From Desulfotalea psychrophila LSv54 (GTDB lineage: Bacteria > Desulfobacterota > Desulfobulbia > Desulfobulbales > Desulfocapsaceae), in contig NC_006138.1 in assembly GCF_000025945.1 (NCBI RefSeq), positions 2,250,001-2,282,000 on the forward strand: a stretch of DNA of 32,000 nt, written 5' to 3'. The position numbers and the translations under genes are program-made. Below, in pieces: positions 25,439 through 32,000 of the stretch. How positions within the stretch are numbered: position 1 is the stretch's first letter; each line of letters starts with the position of its first letter. The notes under the pieces are model-generated. The model was not told where the DNA came from, ran no database searches, and saw only the letters and a program-made list of their open reading frames with translations.

Positions 25439-26109
25439 TCAGGAATTTTTTCAAATAAGGGAAGCACCTTATACAGAGGTGCTATTCTCGAAGACATATA
25501 GTCCTTATCCCGCTTAGGCTTATCGGCACTATCGGGCGCAGCCACGGGCTCGGTGCCCATCTGTTCCGGGTCAAAGCCAAAAAGAAGAACCAACCCACAT
25601 TTTATATATCCAGGGTTTTCCTCCGATCCCGCCCCCGCCTCTTCATCTGAAATTATATTAATAAAATCCGTAATCATACATTTTTCGTAGGAAACATATT
25701 TATATCCGACACAAGGGACGCTGCTTTTATTGCAGACTTCCAAGTTATAGCGCACGTTATCCCCCTCGTAACCCATCGGGGTGTCCAGGGAATAATCGTA
25801 TTTTGAAACAATGCGACATACAGCAAAATTGACATTGGCAAAACATTCATCGCAGAGACATGGTTTACCTCCCCCCACGCCTTTCATTGGCACCCATATA
25901 TCCGCATAGGACAGCCCATATCTGATATAAGTACGGATATGAGTCCCGTCAGCAAAATGAAAATTACGTTCTCCCGTGGGAAGTTTCTGGAAAGACATGC
26001 TGGTGTTGAGCATATCCAACTGCCTCCGGGCAAAACCCATAAGTGATTTTCCCGCAGCAATATTACCGCTAACTTGAAACCGCGTTGGAATGGGAGGTAG
26101 ATAAAACAC
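25408..26109 (-). CDS. Hypothetical phage protein (Cys-rich, 233 aa)
   Basis: GTG start 2 nt after the upstream stop. Cys cluster KPCLCDECFANVNFAVC...VCNKSSVPC...EKC. Coding is supported by operon packing only. Confidence 0.5.
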   Translation of the reverse strand: MFYLPPIPTRFQVSGNIAAGKSLMGFARRQLDMLNTSMSFQKLPTGERNFHFADGTHIRTYIRYGLSYADIWVPMKGVGGGKPCLCDECFANVNFAVCRIVSKYDYSLDTPMGYEGDNVRYNLEVCNKSSVPCVGYKYVSYEKCMITDFINIISDEEAGAGSEENPGYIKCGLVLLFGFDPEQMGTEPVAAPDSADKPKRDKDYMSSRIAPLYKVLPLFEKIPEWVFKNRPCR

Positions 26110-26111
26110 GA

Positions 26112-27467
26112 TTAAGTCACCGGTTCTTCGTAAGAATGGGATTCACTCAGACTTCCACCATAGCTCCATGTTTCACCTTTACGCTCAGAACCCTGATATC
26201 CATGAGAGATAGAGGTGTTCACCGCGCCAAGGGCAGAGGCCAGAGATTGAGCTGAAACACTGGCAACAGCCTCACCAATCCTCTCTGCTAAAGACTCTTT
26301 ATTCATATAGGCCTGTAGATTAATTTTTTCATTCTCAATGGCCTGAGTTACTTTCAGTTTAGAAGCCTCTAACCCCATTTTGGCCTCTTCAATAAGCATT
26401 TGATACTGTTTTGATACTGCATCAATCTCAGCAGTATAAATAGTTATTTCTGATTGGCGAACATCAACGAGCCCCCTGTTCTTGCTAGTGATAGACTCAA
26501 TTTTAGATTTGTAAACTTCGGCCTGTCCTAAATATATCCTTACAAGACCATCGTTATATTCGGTAATTCCCTTGATCTTAGAGACAAGTGCCTCCAAACT
26601 AATTTTTATCCCCTCCCACTGAGCCAGATATAATTTTACATTCTGCTCATAGGCTCGGAGAAGGTAGTCCGTTGTCGCTTTCTGGATCTCGACATTGCGT
26701 CCCTCCCTGTTTTCAAAAGCTTCTCGTAAAAGCTGTTCAAGCTGTGTTCCCGTAGTGATTGCAAACTTCTTATAATCAAAAGCCATCTCAAAATCTTTAA
26801 TGGTGATGGTGTTGAGCGCATCTTGATCGCGTTTCATTATCTCGGCAGAGAAATTAATTTGCATAGCAGCAACTTGCCCGGAGGGGAGTTCAAAACCCCT
26901 ACTTCCCACTGCGTCCAGGGTTTTTCTGTACTCCCTGTCTTGGCTTAATCTTCTGCTCTCCTGCTCACGTTGAACCATGGCAAGATGGGTAGCATCGGAA
27001 AGGCCTGGCCCCTCCTCTAAAATAGCCGCATGTACCTTAGAAAAAAGAGCTTGCCACATTTCTGAGGTATATTCATGCTGGGTATAATCAAAACTTACAT
27101 CCACCTTGCTGGGAGGAACAGGAGCAATAAAAGAAAAATCTATATCACCCAATTCTTCAAAAACTGGTGGGTCGCCTATGTCAGCAGGAAAGCTATCGTC
27201 CAAAACCAAAGCCGGAAAATTTGGCATGGGGGGATATTCAGGGGCATCTATGCCGGGAATATTCACATTCACAATACTGGTTGCCGGGTCATATTCTCCT
27301 AATGCAGTTTCCAAATTGAGCAGAGCCGTATCCACCTTTGTCTTCATTGCATCAGCATAGGCGGTGGTACTGTCTATAATGTCGGTGATCTCTGTATACA
27401 TGCTTGTCGGGTTCACACTAGCCGCAGGCAGATTTATTTTCTCCGCCCCTGAAATTGCAAGAGTCAT
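26112..27467 (-). CDS. Hypothetical phage protein with long coiled-coil-like C-terminal half (451 aa)
   Basis: ATG with GGAGA 9 nt upstream, starting 2 nt after the upstream stop. The C-terminal half has heptad-like, Glu/Lys/Ala/Ile-rich sequence. Confidence 0.6.
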   Translation of the reverse strand: MTLAISGAEKINLPAASVNPTSMYTEITDIIDSTTAYADAMKTKVDTALLNLETALGEYDPATSIVNVNIPGIDAPEYPPMPNFPALVLDDSFPADIGDPPVFEELGDIDFSFIAPVPPSKVDVSFDYTQHEYTSEMWQALFSKVHAAILEEGPGLSDATHLAMVQREQESRRLSQDREYRKTLDAVGSRGFELPSGQVAAMQINFSAEIMKRDQDALNTITIKDFEMAFDYKKFAITTGTQLEQLLREAFENREGRNVEIQKATTDYLLRAYEQNVKLYLAQWEGIKISLEALVSKIKGITEYNDGLVRIYLGQAEVYKSKIESITSKNRGLVDVRQSEITIYTAEIDAVSKQYQMLIEEAKMGLEASKLKVTQAIENEKINLQAYMNKESLAERIGEAVASVSAQSLASALGAVNTSISHGYQGSERKGETWSYGGSLSESHSYEEPVT

Positions 27468-27469
27468 AG

Positions 27470-28702
27470 CTATTGTCTCCTTCTGCTAAACTTTGATATC
27501 ATTATACTTAAATCAATTTGCTCTATCTCGAAACACGCACAAGAAACAACTTTTAGAGTCATATATCTACCTACAAGACCTTTGCCTACCTTGACACGAA
27601 CCTCACACATTCCCTCATTTTTCACCTCAAAAGGATAACTATGCCATTGTCCATTTCTATCTGCCATAACCAACAATTCATAATCACCGATACCCTGTAA
27701 TCTCAGATATGCGCTGTTTATAGATTTCTGGTTTTTGTTTCCAAAATCGGTTGTTGCAAAAGCAAAACATTTTTCCTTGCCTGATTTTATGGATTTTTCC
27801 AAATTATACAGTCCGTCAAAACCGGCAATATATGTCTGGTCAGCAACGGCAAGTATACTGCGAGTCTGTAATGAGTTCTCGCTAACAGCCTTACTCCCCA
27901 CCTCACCAACAGCTCCTTGAACATGCATACCACCTTCCGCTCCACCAAGAATAATCTCGGTCTTTCCACGGACGGTTAGTGAGTTGTACTCTTTTTTAAG
28001 CTCATATCTTTTATTGGTAAGATTAAAAACAGAACCACTTGGAAGCCCTAGAAACACTCCTTCAGGAGTAGCAAACAGCAACGACATTTGAGATGTTTCA
28101 AAACCAAAAAGCATAGGGTCTACAAGGTGAGAGCTATTTGCCCATTCAAAAGCAGGGAAATTAAGAATTTTTCGATGGCTCCATGTATCCGGATTTGTAC
28201 CGCCCACGAAATAAACGGCTGTCTCATCTGAAACAAAAAAACCTTCGCCTACAGAGCGAACCATCCGCACCCTAGAACCATAGCGAAGACGATTTTTTAC
28301 CATATCGACCACACCGGGAAGACCATGTTCAGAGAAGATAACTTCTTGCCCTACAGCAAAAAGAATACGCCCTGCAATACTATCTATATGAGTTGCAATA
28401 GGCGCAGGGTAAAAGCTAGATTTAGCATCTGGCCCAGGCCAAGTTTGGGATACCCAAGGGGAACTGGTAAAGACTATTTCTGCAGGAATCTCAGCACGGG
28501 CCACAGAAAAAGACTCGAAAATTAAAATACAATCGGACACGCCTTTAATTACTACAGGAGTATCTACTTTCACCGCACAGTTAAAGCCAAGGCCTATGGT
28601 GGCCTCTGCTAGTGCATGGGTGACAGCTGGCAACACCCGTACCTCTGTGTTAAAACTGAGGCCAAACATTGTAGCAGATTTTATATACTGACTATTTGCC
28701 AT
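27470..28702 (-). CDS. Hypothetical phage structural protein (410 aa)
   Basis: ATG with AAGGG about 10 nt upstream. Beta-rich sequence with no motif recognised. Confidence 0.6.
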   Translation of the reverse strand: MANSQYIKSATMFGLSFNTEVRVLPAVTHALAEATIGLGFNCAVKVDTPVVIKGVSDCILIFESFSVARAEIPAEIVFTSSPWVSQTWPGPDAKSSFYPAPIATHIDSIAGRILFAVGQEVIFSEHGLPGVVDMVKNRLRYGSRVRMVRSVGEGFFVSDETAVYFVGGTNPDTWSHRKILNFPAFEWANSSHLVDPMLFGFETSQMSLLFATPEGVFLGLPSGSVFNLTNKRYELKKEYNSLTVRGKTEIILGGAEGGMHVQGAVGEVGSKAVSENSLQTRSILAVADQTYIAGFDGLYNLEKSIKSGKEKCFAFATTDFGNKNQKSINSAYLRLQGIGDYELLVMADRNGQWHSYPFEVKNEGMCEVRVKVGKGLVGRYMTLKVVSCACFEIEQIDLSIMISKFSRRRQ

Positions 28703-28740
28703 TTTATGTGCCCTTAACGTAAGGCCTACAGCCTGTTTTG

Positions 28741-30573
28741 TTATACTACGGGAACTTCTGGCACAATGTTAATATTAAAAGAGTCCACATTGAAATCAGC
28801 ACCAACCACCACATTGCCACTGGTCAAAACCATTGGGGCGAGGCTAGTATCGCCTCCGGCATCAACCACGATACCACCATCAAAACGCTCAGAGGCAGTA
28901 GAGGCTCCGGTAATTACCTCCACATCGTAACAACGGAAATAGAGAGGTGTTCCCGTGGTTAACCACTTACCACTCCATGAATTTGCCGCAGCGAGTTGTA
29001 GCGCACCCACTGACCCGCCTGTTGGTTCAAGAACCAAACCATTCTCCGCATTACCCGCAACATGAGCAAGACCATCTTTGGAAACGACAGCCAGGAGAAC
29101 ACCTGTCTCAGCCGCATCTGAATTAGCAGGGACACCTGCAGAATCATCATAGATATGAATAACTCCACCGCTTTGTTGGGTGATAAAATTGTTCACAACC
29201 TTCTGCATGATACCAGTTGATACTTTGACGATTGGCATGTCTGGAAATCCTCCAATTAATTTTTTAGTGATAGTACCCGATACAGTGGTTGCAGGGAAAG
29301 TGACCTCACCCGCAAGAGAAGAGAGAACAATAGGGCTCGCAACACTCTCTGTAGAAAAGCCTAGCCCCATGATAGTGCTAGAACTTATCTCAATAGGGAG
29401 AGGTGGAGCGGCCTCTGCAACCAAAGATAACTTGGTTGTATAAACATCTCCATCATCCCATGTCTGATCGCAGATAAGCGTATAGGGCGTTCTACCATCA
29501 CCATAAGCCCCACGATGAAATTGGTGATAATCAACGAGCTGTTGAATTCCGATAGAAACCACACCGCTTGCGACAGTAATGGGATGGGCACTGACACAAT
29601 AGTTACTTTTACAAAAGAGGACAAAGCTGTCAGGCTCGTCTGTTTCTTGCAGATACGTTTCCCCGATAGAGGCAGCTTCTCCCTCTGGGTTTGTTTGAAG
29701 AAATTGCACCCCGGTATCCGTGGCTACCCCACCACTTTGATTTGCCGGGAAGGTAAAGAAGTTGCCGTTTACTTTCTCTTCCGATATCAGAAACAAATCT
29801 TCCGATGCACAGTAAACGATAGAATCCTCGCGGCCAGAAGCCTTCGTCCCATCAAACGGACAAATCTCGGCGGAATCTGGATGAATCATATCTGTCAATT
29901 CATCCCATGAACCTGTAACAACAGGATGCGTGGCGTAATTCCAAATAGCAAACCTGCTGCCACTTACAGCAACATGGTTGCCGAAAAGAGAAAACGCAAA
30001 AGAATATTCCGCACCCGCTACGGCAACGCTTTCACCAACGACCAAACTACGAAGAAAAACATTTGGGGAAACATTGTCTACCCAAGCAGTGTTGTATAGC
30101 ATTAAAAGCGGAGCAGGGGCGGTAGGAGCCGCTGGATTGTAGTGCGACGCAAGTGAAAACTTACCATAGCCAACAGTTACACCAGCTTTAAGCACGGAAG
30201 GGGCACCTATTGTAATTGCGTAGGTGCTTTTGTCGTAACTTATTTTGCAAGCTTCTAACCTGCCGTCGGTTGAATACGCCAGAACAAAGCTACCACTATT
30301 TGAGTCCCATTCTAGGGCAACGAAATCAATATCTTCAAACGGTGTGGGGATTTCAAACATTACCTCCCCACGGGCAACTGCGCTAAACACGCCATCTGCC
30401 TCTGTCATTTCTACTAAGCTCAGTCGCCCCTTAGCTCCATCCAGATTCCAATAAGATGACTCGTCAGCAAAGTTTAAAATGAAGTTGTTCGCTCTGTCGG
30501 TAGCCGTATGGAGTTGTGCTGGAAATATGGCCGAAGGCGATTCTAGCCCCGGATTAACTATTTCTATTGTCAT
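28741..30573 (-). CDS. Hypothetical phage structural protein (610 aa); its C-terminal ~150 aa is paralogous to the upstream 149-aa protein
   Basis: ATG with AAGG upstream. Gly/Ala/Val/Thr/Ser-rich beta-type sequence. The C-terminus GGVIHIY...DAAETGVLLAVVSKDGLAH...NGL...WSGKW...YFRCYD aligns with ORF 30633-31082. Confidence 0.65.
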   Translation of the reverse strand: MTIEIVNPGLESPSAIFPAQLHTATDRANNFILNFADESSYWNLDGAKGRLSLVEMTEADGVFSAVARGEVMFEIPTPFEDIDFVALEWDSNSGSFVLAYSTDGRLEACKISYDKSTYAITIGAPSVLKAGVTVGYGKFSLASHYNPAAPTAPAPLLMLYNTAWVDNVSPNVFLRSLVVGESVAVAGAEYSFAFSLFGNHVAVSGSRFAIWNYATHPVVTGSWDELTDMIHPDSAEICPFDGTKASGREDSIVYCASEDLFLISEEKVNGNFFTFPANQSGGVATDTGVQFLQTNPEGEAASIGETYLQETDEPDSFVLFCKSNYCVSAHPITVASGVVSIGIQQLVDYHQFHRGAYGDGRTPYTLICDQTWDDGDVYTTKLSLVAEAAPPLPIEISSSTIMGLGFSTESVASPIVLSSLAGEVTFPATTVSGTITKKLIGGFPDMPIVKVSTGIMQKVVNNFITQQSGGVIHIYDDSAGVPANSDAAETGVLLAVVSKDGLAHVAGNAENGLVLEPTGGSVGALQLAAANSWSGKWLTTGTPLYFRCYDVEVITGASTASERFDGGIVVDAGGDTSLAPMVLTSGNVVVGADFNVDSFNINIVPEVPVV

Positions 30574-30632
30574 GATATTTACCTTTTAAAATTATCGTAA
30601 AACATATTAATCTATCCCTAACCCCTCGCTAC

Positions 30633-31082
30633 CTATGCTGGTGGATTATTGACATTCAGAGTCACGATAATACTCTGGCCCATATCAACAGTTACATTTT
30701 CAAGCAACAGATCGGCATCGGCCACACCGACAGAACCATCCCATCGAACAGCAACATCGGACGCATCGGTGATTTCGTCTTTATCGTAAAAACGGAACCA
30801 AGTTGCCTCACCCGTAGCAACCCAAGTGCCCTTCCATTCTTCTCCTTCGGCAGGGCTAATTACGCCATCTACCGGAGAACCAAAATTGAGACCATTTGTC
30901 ACCTCCCCAGGAGTATGCGCCAAACCATCTACTGTGATAATTCCGAGCAGCGTTCCCGCCTCTGCATCATCTGCTGAGGCAGGTTGCGTTCCGCTGTAGA
31001 TATGAAGAACGCCACCGGCAAACCGAGCGGCAAAGGCAATAAGCTCAGCCAAGATCATTCCTTTTGCTTTTTTCACACTCAT
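30633..31082 (-). CDS. Hypothetical small phage protein (149 aa), paralogue of the C-terminal domain of the 610-aa protein
   Basis: ATG with GAGGG about 10 nt upstream. GGVLHIY...DAEAGTLLGIITVDGLAH...NGL...WKGTW...WFRFYD. Confidence 0.65.
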   Translation of the reverse strand: MSVKKAKGMILAELIAFAARFAGGVLHIYSGTQPASADDAEAGTLLGIITVDGLAHTPGEVTNGLNFGSPVDGVISPAEGEEWKGTWVATGEATWFRFYDKDEITDASDVAVRWDGSVGVADADLLLENVTVDMGQSIIVTLNVNNPPA

Positions 31083-31100
31083 TATATAATCCCTCTGTTG

Positions 31101-31502
31101 TTACTGGCCTTCATTAAGGGCCAAAATCCCGTTTTCAAAACCGTTACAGTAGAAAACGTTGCTCCCCAGGAGCGTATAGGAAATTCGTGCGCCTTGTGTT
31201 AAAGCAGAACGAATACCCTGTTTAGTTATCCCGTTAGCATTTGTTTGTATGAAAAATAAAGCCGTATCTGCTTCTCTATCTTCTGCAATAAAAAAATTAT
31301 CCCCCAAGGGAAACATCGAATGATAAGCACCCTCAGCCAACTTCTTTACATCTAGGGCAGAAACAATAGCCCCGGTATGGTCTATCTCAATATCACGGCA
31401 ATCTTCTAGTGTTGATTGCCCTTTCGCAATGACTAATCTTGCCGGATCATCGACGTTATTCAGGCCTAAACAATTATTGTATAAAACGATATCATGGGCC
31501 AT
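31101..31502 (-). CDS. Hypothetical phage protein (133 aa)
   Basis: ATG with GGGGAAAG upstream, 18 nt after the upstream stop. No motif recognised. Confidence 0.5.
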   Translation of the reverse strand: MAHDIVLYNNCLGLNNVDDPARLVIAKGQSTLEDCRDIEIDHTGAIVSALDVKKLAEGAYHSMFPLGDNFFIAEDREADTALFFIQTNANGITKQGIRSALTQGARISYTLLGSNVFYCNGFENGILALNEGQ

Positions 31503-31520
31503 ATTCTTTCCCCATAACGA

Positions 31521-32000
31521 TTACCATAAGTGATTACGATGTGGGCGATTCTGGCTATTAAGTCTCTGCCTGTTGGCCCTGAGCATATCGCCAAAATAAT
31601 CCTCAAATTTTTCCAGATGAACTGCGGCAACTTGTGGTGCATAGGAATCCAAATCAACATCGGAAAGAGCTAAATAAACAGCCCAATGATGCAACCTGCT
31701 ATGGTGTCTTTCAGAAATAACCGGCTCGCTATCCACATCATTCAGGGACAGCTTTTCGCTTGCAAGTGGCGTTCTGTACCCCTCCAATTCGATAATACCG
31801 CCACCAAAGGGGGGGGGCGGTAGAATAAATATTTTCTTATCGTCTGTGATAAGGAAAGCCGGGTCGCCCACAGCTTGAAGGTCGGGTAAGTTGTTGCGGA
31901 AAGAGAGGTCGCCACGGGAACGAATTTCCAAGTCAGTTCGTTGCCCGGAAGAATTAAGGAAATGGGCGATATCAATTTTATAAAGACTTCCGCTAATGTC
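31521..32000 (-). CDS. Hypothetical phage protein, 3' part (open frame continues past the window end; possibly a head-tail adaptor-type protein, a weak guess)
   Basis: The track starts it at TTG 31931, but I translated the same frame back to base 32000 without meeting a stop (DISGSLYKIDIAHFLNSSGQRTDLEIRSRG...). It contains a C9 homopolymer encoding PPPP. Confidence 0.55.
   Translation of the reverse strand, partial: DISGSLYKIDIAHFLNSSGQRTDLEIRSRGDLSFRNNLPDLQAVGDPAFLITDDKKIFILPPPPFGGGIIELEGYRTPLASEKLSLNDVDSEPVISERHHSRLHHWAVYLALSDVDLDSYAPQVAAVHLEKFEDYFGDMLRANRQRLNSQNRPHRNHLW
31809..31817. repeat. G9/C9 homopolymer tract inside a coding region
   Basis: Nine consecutive G on the + strand (ccaccaaaGGGGGGGGGcgg), which is C9 on the coding strand, encoding the PPPP of ..ILPPPPFGGG.. 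Confidence 0.9.

Larger units (their letters stand above)
12646..32000 (-). mobile_element. Phage/prophage-derived virion-gene module (partial; continues beyond the window end)
   Basis: Ten co-directional, tightly packed genes with 2-60 nt gaps, one ATGA overlap and SD motifs. They abut a tRNA gene. The module contains a 3196-aa multi-enzyme polyvalent protein of the type described for phages and conjugative elements, plus several Gly/Thr/Ser/Asn-rich beta-type proteins. No integrase, terminase, portal or capsid motif is recognisable in the window. Confidence 0.6.

Noticed and set aside
1-32000. CRISPR arrays, rRNA, IS elements or transposases, integrase, toxin-antitoxin pairs, and a J-domain (HPD) partner for the Hsp70-like protein
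   Set aside because: I scanned the ORF translations and intergenic regions. I saw no regularly spaced repeats, no DDE/Tyr- or Ser-recombinase-like ORF, and no HPD-containing J-domain ORF.

Overview
Bacterial chromosomal window, roughly mid-40s % GC by eye. The multihaem cytochromes suggest an anaerobic, Desulfobacterota-like host, but I cannot assign taxonomy. Bases 1-5050 hold core metabolism: a polar amino-acid ABC transporter (substrate-binding protein fragment, permease, ATPase; + strand), convergent with a two-gene multihaem cytochrome operon (- strand) made of an octahaem c-type cytochrome and a 7-haem-c/cytochrome-b fusion. Bases 5442-7904 encode a Pif1/RecD-like helicase with HRDC and HTH tails. 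Bases 8126-11692 hold the most unusual cellular locus: a partly AT-rich two-gene cassette encoding a GrpE-like protein and a 944-aa atypical Hsp70-fold ATPase. That ATPase has long unrecognisable N- and C-terminal extensions and no J-protein partner. Its 3' end overlaps the convergent rlpA gene. rlpA is followed by tRNA-Thr(CGU) with its own promoter and terminator. From about 12.8 kb to the window end, every gene is on the minus strand and tightly packed (2-60 nt gaps, one ATGA overlap). This looks like a phage/prophage virion module of ten genes. It is dominated by a 3196-aa polyvalent protein carrying a 2H phosphoesterase, two HExxH zincin modules, a ComF-like phosphoribosyltransferase module and Gly/Ala-rich hydrophobic segments, which I interpret as an injected anti-defence/ejection protein. 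No integrase, att repeat, CRISPR array or rRNA is visible. Most phage-module ORFs carry no motif I can name. Their calls rest on context only.
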